From Camelus ferus (Eukaryota), in contig NC_045707.1 in NCBI RefSeq assembly GCF_009834535.1, forward strand, positions 58,406,001-58,470,000: a stretch of DNA of 64,000 nucleotides, written 5' to 3'. The position numbers were made by a program, and so were the translations under genes. A model generated the notes under the pieces. That model was not told where the DNA came from, searched no databases, and worked only from the letters and a program-made list of their open reading frames with translations. Below are positions 1-9,980 of the stretch, piece after piece (the stretch's first letter is position 1; each line of letters starts with the position of its first letter).

Positions 1-1045
1 CTCAGCATCTCCCGGATTTGAGGCAAAGGTGAGAGCAAGGGAAGAGTCCTGTCTGACCCCTCCTCGTCCTGGGCCTTCTCTTCCTTGACATTCTCTCCAC
101 CAATGCTTTGCTCCTGCTATTAATTTTTAACCGAGCTGCCTGGAGGAGTGAGGAGGGCTGTGGCCCCGGGATGGAGAGACTCCTAGGCCAGCTCTGGACC
201 TGTCCTCACCGAGGCCCACAACCTGCACACTTGTAGACATTTGAAGCATGAGGGCCACAGCTGGGGAGGCTGTGAGAAAACCAGAACACATTAACACCAA
301 TGGCAGTGTACTTTGGTGGCAACTTCCAAGAAACCAATTTGGAAAATTCTGGAAACTTACCTTGAGAAAATAGATCATAGTAGATTCATAGAATAATAAA
401 TACATAAATAAAATCTCCACTAAAGTATCCACTGCCATGTAATTTATTTAAAAAATAAGTCACAACTTAAACATTTGATACCAGGGAAAGCGTTGAATAC
501 ATTTTGTTTCTCTCCCTGAAGAAAAGCCAGGTGGCCATTAAAAATAAAAATGATAGACTATGTGGCAACAAGAAAAAAGTCTTATTTTTCAAGAATTTGA
601 TGATAAATTCTGTGCACACTGTGATTAAAACTATTTAAAAGGTGATTGTATATGGCCAAAGACAGCCCATTTGTGAAAAACAAAAAAGGTACGTGGAGTG
701 ACTTTTTCCCCTCTCTGTGTCCCTTTCTTCCCGCTAAATTTCTATAATAATAACAAATTATTTTGATAAATTCAGGAATCTAAAGGTATGTTAATATTTC
801 AGTGCTTGCTACAAAAGCCTGCTTCAAATACACTGCAGAAGCTTGATTTTCTTGGCAATAAATAGGAAGGTGAACAAATGTTTTCAGATAATTGAAAGGT
901 GGTGCATACTTTTAAAATTTCCTTTCTAATAGTGTTTTTGGTGAAAAGGAGAAGTGACTGGACAGCTGCTGTGGCCTGAGGTTGTGCCTTCAGGGCCCCT
1001 CCCCTTAGGACAGAAGTATAACCAGGGCCACAAAGTGGAAGACGT

Positions 1046-1630
1046 GTGTGGTTTTTGTCTGCAGTGTCCAGTTTGTCTCCTTGGTAACAGCACTTTGATT
1101 TTCCTCTGAGGAACTGTCCTCATCCCATCTCTCTGGCTCTTGGGCCGGAACATGACCTAGGCTTGGCCAAAGTGAACACTGCATCGTGGGGCCACAACGG
1201 TGGTTTTAAGGAGGGCATGTGCCCCAGGCGTGTAAGTTGGGTCTGGGAACTTGAGCGACATAATTGTGGAAACAGCACTCTGTGCGAACGCGCTCAGCCA
1301 GAAGAACAGAAGATTGAAGGGGCCGTGGTGGAGACACTGGCACTTGACAATGAAGTAATACTGAGGATAGCCGAGTTGGATGGGGGGTTGGGGGAGAGTG
1401 GAGAAAGAGAATGATGACATGGTTTGAGGCCCTTGATGGAGCTGTTCCTGGATGTAATCATACCTTGAACTTTCTGGATAGATGAGCCAACGGTTCATCT
1501 CTCTGCCTCTGTCTCTCTTTGTCTCTGTCTTTCTCTCTCTCTCTCTTCCTCCCCTGCACCCCTTCCCCCACCCCCCTTTTATTCCTTAATGCAGCTTGAA
1601 TTGGGTTCCTTCCACAGGCCACTCTAACAA
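1046..1630 (+). mobile_element. Ancient ERVL-MaLR LTR (MLT1J/K-like)
   Basis: Resembles recalled consensus: ctccttggtaacagcactttgattttcctctgaggaac ... cagcttgaattgggttcct...actctaaca. Confidence 0.6.
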
Positions 1631-2402
1631 TCCTGCCAATAAAGGATGTCAACTCTTGGCTTCATTCCCAGGCCAGAGAAGGTAGGAAAGGGACCAAGGT
1701 AAACTGGACGGCTGAGAAGGAAGTGTGTCCCAACTTGTTCAGTACAAATTCTTTAACCTTGTGGGCACCCTGGCAAGGGCGAGTCCACTTTGCACAGGGG
1801 AAAAGGCTTTGCTGGCAGGATAGTTACTGTCAAAGAAGGCTGAGTGTGGGAACTGTGGGGACGTGTATTGGTGGGGGAGCGTGAAGAAATCGATATGGCC
1901 AAAATGCAGATGCTAAAATGCAGGTACCTGACAGCCAGACTCAGAACTTTGATCACACAAAGCACCCCACAGTCACCTGGTGTTTGTATTACTGCTCCCT
2001 CCTGCATAATTATTATTCTGTAGGCTTTGGAAAATTTCCTTGTACATTTAGTATCAGGCTATTTCTCATTTTTATTTTCCTGCCTTTTTTTTTTTTTTAA
2101 CCTTCTTATTCCAAAATCACCGTCTGACTGCTTTATGGTAAAGATTTGTGTGCAGCTTAAATTCAGTTGCTCAACATCAGAGTCCGGTGCGTATGTAATA
2201 AAGATGCGTTGCAGGGAGGGGGTAACAGCAATCATGGTGGGAATTTTCAAATCTCTAAGTCACTTCGCTGCATAAATGGAGTAAGGATGTGATTTTTATG
2301 CATCTGTCTCATCAGGTATGGCTCAGGTAGGAACACCTGAATCCTCTGAGGAAGAAACAAGAGTGGATAGGAAGTCTATGCAGCTGTTAAAAGGTTTCCT
2401 CA

Positions 2403-2739
2403 TGTTATGAGCTGAATGTAATGTCATCCCGAAATTCCTGTGTTGAAATCCTAAGACTCAAAGGGATCGTATTAGGAGGTGGGACCTTTGTGGGTGACTG
2501 GGTAAGAGGATGAAACCCTCAAGAATGGGACCGTGCCCTGATAGAAGGGACCTCAGAGAGCCCTCGTCCTTCCCGCTGTGGGAGGACGCAGCACGGAGAC
2601 GACTTCCCACCAGGCAAGGAGTCTGCTGGCACCTTGGTCCTGGACTTCCCACCCCCAGGACTGTGAGAAATAAATATACGTTGTTTAAATCACCCTGTAT
2701 ACAGTGTTCTTGCTGATAGCAGCCTGAATGCACCAGACA
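2403..2739 (+). mobile_element. ERVL-MaLR LTR (MLT1A-like)
   Basis: tgttatgagctgaatgt start, attaggaggtgggaccttt, ctgtgagaaataaat, and tagcagcctgaatgcaccagaca end. Confidence 0.85.
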
Positions 2740-2769
2740 GCGAATGTGTCGGTCACCTTCCTGCTTTCT

Positions 2770-3675
2770 CTCCAGCCTCACTCCCACCTTGCTGTGCTCT
2801 GCTGTGTTCGTGCGGGCGGGCGCTAAGACCCTGCGGGCTACTCCCTAGACCCGCTGGCCGCTGACTCGGATTCAGCTCTGCCGCGGGGAGGCACTGACTG
2901 AGGTGGAAGGTGGAAGAGGAGAAAGGACCCTCTTCCTGCTCTTAGCTTCTGTTGGCTTTCCTCTAGCAGGAGTGAGCTGCTCCTGGCAGTTCAGCATCTT
3001 CAGCGTGGAGCCTGTGTGTTGGTCCCAACACCAGTGCCCGCGACGTTTTGGTGGTCCCAGGACCTCCCCCAGGTTCCGGCCCTCCTCCACAGTCCGAGCT
3101 TCCTCAACACTATCTTCTCCGTTCTGTTTTTTCAGCCTTAGGGGTTTTAGTGCTGAATTGTGCGTCCCCCCTCCCCAACTCATACGCAAGTCCTAACCCC
3201 TGCAATATCTCAGAATGTGACTTTGTTTGGAGACAGAGTCTTTGAAAAGGTAGCTGAATTAAAATGCAGTTTTTAGGGAGGATCCCTATCCAATATGACT
3301 CACATCCTTGTAAGAAGAGGTAAGGACACAGAGGGGAGTCGAGGGGAGGAGTCAAGTTGAGGACATGGACAAGACACCAACTATAAGCCAAGGAGAGACG
3401 TCTCAGAAGAAACCAACCCTGTCAACACCTTCCTCGCAGATTTCTGATCCTCCAGAACTGTGAGAAAATACATTTTTGTTGTCTAAGCCACCAGGTCCTG
3501 TTAGGGCGGCCCCAGCGTACAATTACAGGTGGTATCTATTAATTTCTGTTTAACCTACTGTCTCCACTTTGCTTTCTCAGCTCTTTATGTGGCCAATTTC
3601 TTACATTAAAAAAATTCCTTATTTAAAATACCTGGAATGGTTTTGTTTTCCTTACTAAGACACCTAATAAATATC
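2770..3675 (+). mobile_element. Ancient ERVL LTR (LTR33-like), interrupted by an MLT1
   Basis: 3' end aaattccttatttaaaatacctggaatggttttgttttcctt resembles LTR33; the 5' part lies before the nested MLT1. Confidence 0.5.
3143..3527 (+). mobile_element. ERVL-MaLR LTR (MLT1B/C-like), nested
   Basis: gctgaattgtgcgtccccc...gtcctaacccc...agaatgtgactttgtttggagacagagtcttt...ctccagaactgtgagaaaata...taagccacc. Confidence 0.85.
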
Positions 3676-3865
3676 CAAAGGGTGTGTGTCTTAAAAGCCT
3701 AAAGGCCTTTCGGGAAAATAGACACTGAGGAAAGGATGGGGTAATTAACAAAAAATGTATTTATTAAGAAATATTCTTTTCGTACCTAGTGTCAAGAGCT
3801 ATTTAAGAAAAACAAAATGCTCACCATGGAAAACCAAACGATTGTATTTAGAATGCTGTTTTTTT

Positions 3866-4692
3866 TGGGGGTGGTGGGCACCTAACCCTCATGGGTCTAA
3901 AATTCTCTTTTCTCACCTGAGGCGGGAAGCCCCATAAAAAGACCGCTGCTCTTCTCTTAGCACCGTCCGGTTCCCTGGCCCAGAGTCTCTATCTCACTTT
4001 TTGCCTCTAAAGCGGCTAACTTACACCTAGAAGACTATTGGTTCCCTGAGCTCACTTCTGATTGGTTATTTCCTTCACTCCTGATTGGTTATTAATCTCA
4101 CTCCTGATTGGTTATTACTCTCACTTCTGATTGGTTATTACTCTCACTTCTGATTGGTCTACTTCCCTAACTTCTGATTGGTCCATTTGTAGTACTTCAT
4201 TTGCATGGAACTCACTCCTGATTGGTCTATTTCTACAAAGCTTGTTCCTGGTTGGTCAAATTCTGTTGTACTTTATTTGCATATGATGTTGCAAAGTGTA
4301 AAACTGGCAACCTATAAAAGTCCTGTGTAAACGTACACACGGGGGTCCAGAGCGCCAAGTGTTAAGTTTTCTGGGAATGCTGCCGTCATAAACCAACTCT
4401 CGAGTATCCAGATTGCTGTCACAGCTTAGCTGTAACACTTTTTTCCGCAACAAACTTACATTTAGAACTCTCCAATTGCGTCCTCAGAGTACAGTAGTGC
4501 AGGGGCCTTTCCTTTGGCTGTCTCACCTGTTGGGACGTCGTCCTTCCCTTATCTGACAGGGCAGAATAAAACCTACTGAAGGGCGGATGGCCTGGACAGC
4601 CGTCGGAGACCTTATCGTGGGTCAACTTTAAGCCTTGATAAGGTAAATTTTGCCAGAGCCTTGCCCACTCACTGACTTGGATGACTCCTACT
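3866..4692 (+). mobile_element. Solo endogenous retrovirus LTR (ERV1-like) with tandem CCAAT array; boundaries approximate
   Basis: U3-R-U5-like order: repeated CTGATTGG units (4058-4225), ATTTGCAT x2, TATAAAA 4313-4319, AATAAA 4565-4570. No gag/pol sequence follows; TSD not resolved. Confidence 0.7.
4050..4185 (+). repeat. ~23-bp tandem repeat (ctcacttctgattggttattact), about 6 copies
   Basis: CTGATTGG starts at 4058, 4081, 4104, 4127, 4150 and 4174. Confidence 0.95.
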
Positions 4693-4719
4693 TGTTCCTT
4701 TAGGACTGCCCTCTGGTGT

Positions 4720-5102
4720 TACTGTCTCTCTAGAAACTTCCCTTCACACCTCTTCCCTGACAGGAGGCTGGGCTCCTCAGGCTCAGATTCGGAGATGAAG
4801 GAGTTTGATCGGGGAGTGCTCGTGGGAACAACACCGGTGGAGGGGTGAGGACTGCAGAGAGAGCAGGTGAACGGCAGCACAGCTGCAGAAGCCTTGTCAA
4901 CCAGCCTTCTGGGCTTGGACAGCACAGGAGTGAGAAGTAGCTCAGACCGAGGAGTGTGGGCTGCCCCCAGGAGGAGGCATAACCCCAGGTAAGGCAGCTT
5001 CTTAGAGGGCAGAGGCTTCTAGAAGCTGCAGGCTGAACGCCTCAGTGCTGACGGGAAGCAGCGGGGGTGGGGGTGGGGTGTCACACTGTGGTGTCCACTA
5101 CA
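4720..5102. mobile_element. Ancient ERVL LTR (LTR16-like)
   Basis: ggggagtgctcgtgggaacaacacc...ggtgtccactaca resembles recalled LTR16-family consensus; orientation not assigned. Confidence 0.5.
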
Positions 5103-5664
5103 GTCGCTCTGGTGCAAGTCCTCAGGGACTCATGGTACGTATCTTAGTGTTTGGAGGTACTGCATTGACATCGCTGTCTGAGACCGTGGGCTCATTGGAA
5201 CCAGGTGTGCCTTATTACATAATTTGGTGTTTCTCCAGCATCCATGGTACTCAGTAGGCACCTGGTAAAGGTTGTTTAGTAGGGGAAAGATATTTTACCT
5301 GTTTGACCTTCGGTAGGCAGGGAATTTAATGTGTCATGCTCTCCCTTGAAAGTGGGGTTTCAGGAATCTGATTTTTAGTTCCATTCTGGAGGGGCTTCTG
5401 TCACTTAGGCTGTGGAGTGTGAAAATCCTGGCGGATGCGTTCTGGGCAAAGCAGAAAGCCTGAGAGTGCGCCCGATGAATTGATCATAAACGGGAACAGA
5501 GAAACACGTGTTGGGAATGACACAGCCCAGGAAGCCTGCGCTGCAGGCTTTGGTTTAACTACCTCCATTTCCCGCATGGCCCAAAGTCAGTAGGCCGCTG
5601 TCTCACCACTGAGTCAGGTAAGAAAGAGTTAAAAGGCGGCCACATCAACAGGAAATAAAACATT

Positions 5665-5670
5665 TTTATT
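5665..5670 (-). terminator. SYT1: SYT1 distal polyadenylation signal AATAAA
   Basis: tttatt on the + strand; downstream on the minus strand is a GU/U-rich stretch (TGTTGATGTGG...CTTTTAACTCTTTCTT). Transposon-dense sequence begins shortly beyond it. Confidence 0.8.
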
Positions 5671-7682
5671 GAATATCCGTGTAATAGGTTAAGTCATTTT
5701 TAACAACAATCAGAAAACTACTGTGGAATTCACTACACGAAGTGAAACAAAATTTGAACCACCTCATCAAAAATGAAGGTAAAGTACAGCTAGAGTTGTT
5801 GGCTTGCGGGTCGCGAGCCGTATGGCAGAAGGGAACACCCCAACGTTTCTACAGGATACAGAGGAAACCCACACAGAGAAACACTCAAGCAGGCAGTAAA
5901 TATACACAAAGGCAACTAGGATCTTTCTAGAGCGTCAGATTCTAGTACTTGACACAGCTTTGTCAGAAAGGTACATGTGGCTTATCAGGATGAATCTTGG
6001 TCTTCAAACAGGTTCGGTCACTGTCTCATGAAAGATGGCCTGGTACCAACTAATTCTGTGTGACAATATCCCGTGTCTGGCAGTGTTGCGAGAGAATGCA
6101 TTCGTCGTGTTTTAATGCAAGAAATGATGCGTGTTCGGTGGGCTTGAACCTGCTTGATTCTGAGTGTGTGTTTCAGCATGAGCAACTTGGAGCTGAACAC
6201 GGTGAAATTACAGGCCAGTTTCTGGTCTTCAAGGAATTATAAAAAGTCAATCAACTCTCTCTCTCTTTGGCATGGTTTGGCCTTTTTAAATTGGAAGGAT
6301 TTTCATTTGAACCTTCTGTTCAAACTGGTATTTAATCTCACCTAATGACTAGGGCATTTTCTACGATCTACCTTTTGAAGAAAGTCTGGACCATCCACAG
6401 AAGAGGGAGGTGTTATTGTCCCCTTGTCCTCCGTGTCTGTCCCAGTCCTAAAGAGTTTGCTGTGACTGCTGAAAGGCCAAAGGACTGGCCTCTTTGATTA
6501 GGAAAGAACAAGACAGGAATTCTGGTTTTGTCAGGACACAGCCAGCCTCGTGTTTGAAGCTTCCCGTCAGCCCTTTTGGAATTCTCTCTGCGGTTTTTAG
6601 AAACATGGCGTGATCACCTAAAATCTGAACGTACGCTAATGCTTAGCTTTCCTCCGTTTGGTTTTGACAGTTTTGAAGGTAAGTGTTCACTTCAGAGCAT
6701 CACTACTCTCTGTGGCCTGGGAGTTAAAATGGGTCACAGAAGTGAGCAGGAGAAATGATTAGATGCTGCGTGAGATCATAGGCCACCCTTCAGCCGAGTG
6801 GCCGTCTACTATAGCGGGGAAAAGTATGGAATATTGCACAGTGCTTGACAAAATGCTGTGTGTTTCACCCCGTTCTTTGCACCTTTCTTGTCCTATGCAT
6901 AGCTTTGCAGTTCTGAGTTGGTCCTTTGTAATGAGAACTGTATGTGCTACACACACCTTGGGCAGTGCAGTAGAAGGGAATGGCAGTATTGTTACAATAT
7001 AGCTACGGAAGAGATTGAGTGCTATCCACTGAGGAAACTACGTCACATGTCTAAGCACACACACGGCAGTCACAGTGTTACACAGAGCAGTCCTTTGAGA
7101 CTCTTAAGGAATGACTAGTAGCTTCAATAATAGTGCCATTTACTACATAATAACATTGAAAACATATAAAAACGCCTCCTAAATCAAGCATCTAGTGTAC
7201 AGAAGAGGTTGCTTCAGTTTTCTAGAACTTGTTCTTGGTTTTGTTTCACCTTTTTTTAAAGGACAAATTAAAACTTATTTACGTAAAAAGAGCATATAAA
7301 AAGATATCACTAGCTGTCTGTTTTGGCTTCATCGAAGTGCATTCAGAGCTATGGCTAATTGTTAATTTTTTTCCTCTTTTGATGGGATCACAATACTGTC
7401 TGTTTACCACAAAGTACTTTTGTGTAATAAGCACAGATTGCTGTGTTAAAAATATTCTGCATTCCTTCTAATCTGGCTTTGTGTAATAAAATATTTTGTT
7501 ACAAAGTCTAATGTGCAAACCTTTTGGAATTATTAGAGGTGTGAAATCTGGAAGAGTATTCACCGGATGCCCGTTTGTAGAAAGGTGATAATGGAGAGCT
7601 ACTTTTTTTCTTTTTAAATGGTCAGGCAATATTTCCAAAATGCCGACTTCTTCCCTCAGCTTCTTCCCACCCACCCCATCCC

Positions 7683-7728
7683 CACACGAATGCACACGTA
7701 CACACACACACGTACACACACGCACACA
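7683..7728. repeat. Imperfect (CA)n / (UG)n repeat in the SYT1 3'UTR
   Basis: cacacgaatgcacacgtacacacacacacgtacacacacgcacaca. Confidence 0.9.
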
Positions 7729-8526
7729 TGGAACACCATCATGTTGTTACTCTACGTGCAGTAATATGAAATCATTGACTCCTGTTCCGTTGCTTCCTCG
7801 AATGTGAGAGGAAGCCCTGACTTGGGCTTTGCAGATCTGTACAGACAGGTGCTGCTCTGGTTTGTGGCTATGCTTCCTGGAGGTCAGGCTGAATGCTGCT
7901 CAGATCATGCTAATTTGCCTGTGAAGAAATTCTACAAAGTTGGATTCACCCACTGAGTATGTGGTGGAAGTGTATCTTGGTCGTCATATGACTCAGTAGA
8001 AAGCTCAGGTTTAAGTTGTCCTTTAAGATGTCAGCTTCACTGTACCAGTGCCTTACGAGTTGATATTTTTGCTGGAATGCAGACGATACTCTATTTACCA
8101 TATAATATATTATCAGCTCTCCTATATCTCAGTCAATTTACATAGTTTAAAATAGAACATCTTATTAAAAACATCTAGATATACACAGATTAGGAAACGC
8201 TTACAACATACAAATACACAAACTAGAAATAAATCTTCAGCATACTGGTATATACAACGGTGTTGATACAATAAATAATTTCAGTCATGCTCTATCTACA
8301 CATCATATTGCTTAAAAGAAGAGTAGGCCTGGAGGGCAGTGGTATGATGAAGGGCTTAGGGGCTCTCTACGTTTAAATTTGCGCAAAGTAAAATGGGATT
8401 TGAAGTACCACTGAATTGTGTTAGGAATGCATGGCTGGAAAAAATGGAAGGACCTGTATTACTGAGGTATTTACAGATACTGGCTAAAGAGTGCTATGTG
8501 GGCAAATGCAGAAAGGCTTCTTTCCT

Positions 8527-8757
<231 letters not shown>

Positions 8758-8954
8758 TTAGTCATCCGGCTCTGAGACAAAGCCCTGCTACCAAGCTTCC
8801 TGGAGATCAAAGCAATGGGAAATAAGAACCAGTCTCCAAACACCAGGGCAAGGCTGAAAATGACCTGAACAGGAGAAGTGAGTCCAATCCCTGTTGCCAC
8901 TATTACATCATCACCACCATCAGCTTCAGCATCTTCAAAACACTCAAATGTTAA

Positions 8955-9080
8955 TTCTGGCACACTTCTAAGTCTTTCATGTGCACTACTCAGTTACAGT
9001 AGATCTTGTTAACAGCGCCATTATACAGATAAGATGCCAAAGCTCAGAGGTTAAATCACCTGCCTGAAGTCACAGATGAC
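8955..9080 (-). mobile_element. MIR SINE fragment
   Basis: MIR core: ccattatacagataagatgccaaagctcagaggttaaatcacctgcctgaagtcacag. Confidence 0.75.
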
Positions 9081-9094
9081 ATGAATGGTTTCAG

Positions 9095-9337
9095 ATGCTA
9101 ACTACTAACTACTATGTATAAAACACTGCAGATACTACTATATATAAAATAGGTAAACAACAAGTTTATACTGTAGAGCACAGGGAACTATACTCAGTAT
9201 CTTACAGTAACCTATAATGAATAAGCTTATGAAAGGAATATATATTTGTATATGTGTGATGGAAACATTATGCTGGACACCAGAAATTGACAAAACATTG
9301 TAAAATGACTATACTTCAATCAAAAAAAGAAAAAGAA
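9095..9337 (+). mobile_element. 5'-truncated cetartiodactyl-type L1 3' end with TSD
   Basis: ctactatatataaaataggtaaacaacaag...gcacagggaactatactcagtatctt...gactatacttcaat plus A tail; perfect 14-bp TSD atgaatggtttcag at 9081-9094 and 9338-9351. Confidence 0.92.
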
Positions 9338-9353
9338 ATGAATGGTTTCAGTA

Positions 9354-9495
9354 GAGGAGGGTATAGATCAGTGGTAGAGGGTTTAGATCAGTGGTAGAGT
9401 GCATGCTTAGCAGGCACAAGGTCCTGGGTTCAATATCCAGTACCTCCACTGAAAAAATAAACAGAAACGAAAAACTAATTACCTCCCGCCTCTCA
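9354..9495 (+). mobile_element. tRNA-derived camelid SINE (Vic-1-like) with duplicated head
   Basis: A box tagatcagtggtagag present twice, B box ggttcaatatcc, tail aaaataaac...ctaattacctccc. Confidence 0.88.
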
Positions 9496-9867
9496 AGGAG
9501 GTTTTCAAAGCAACCATATATTGCAGTTCTGTTTCAGGTTGCATAAAACCAATACAGAATTTTAGCTAATCACATGATTATTGTGGGTACAGAATGTGAC
9601 AATAGAGTGAAGGTCTGAAAAAAAGCAGTAACTAACTTAAAAGATAATTTTTCTCATTCATAAAATTCTCTCAGTAAATCTTTATTAAGTTACTGTTGTG
9701 TATCCAGCATTGACATCAAACGGAAATAACCTTTTAGGCCACACAAGATAGCCTACAGTGATTCCATTAGGTTGTGAGAGTTTATTTCATGACTTACTTT
9801 TTTAACTGGTGAAAGCAAACCCATACCATTTTGACATGAAAGAATCCCTTTTTAAAAGTACATTTTA

Positions 9868-9980
9868 GTGGGGAGGGTCTGACATAGTTGTAGAGCACAT
9901 GCTTAGCATGGGTTCAGTTCCCCAGTACCTCTATTAAGATAAAGAAATAAAACTTAATTACCTCCCCACTCTCAAAGAAA
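9868..9980 (+). mobile_element. tRNA-derived camelid SINE (Vic-1-like) with short internal deletion
   Basis: ggggaggg...tagagcacatgcttagcatg[del]ggttcagttccccagtacctc...taattacctcccc; perfect 14-bp TSD aaaagtacatttta at 9854-9867 and 9981-9994. Confidence 0.9.

Larger units (their letters stand above)
5645..8526 (-). other. SYT1: SYT1 3'UTR (~2.9 kb; exact cleavage site approximate)
   Basis: Runs from the stop codon to the AATAAA at 5665-5670, contains no recognisable interspersed repeats, and is rich in miRNA seed matches and U-rich motifs. Confidence 0.85.

Noticed and set aside
4050..4225. Regularly spaced repeats as a CRISPR-like array or DUX-binding array
   Set aside because: Units are head-to-tail without unique spacers in a mammalian LTR; TGATT-GG-TTA has a 2-nt spacer rather than the 3 nt of the DUX4 motif.
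9354..9495. tRNA gene
   Set aside because: A and B boxes belong to a multi-copy tRNA-derived SINE with a non-tRNA tail; sibling copies carry TSDs.
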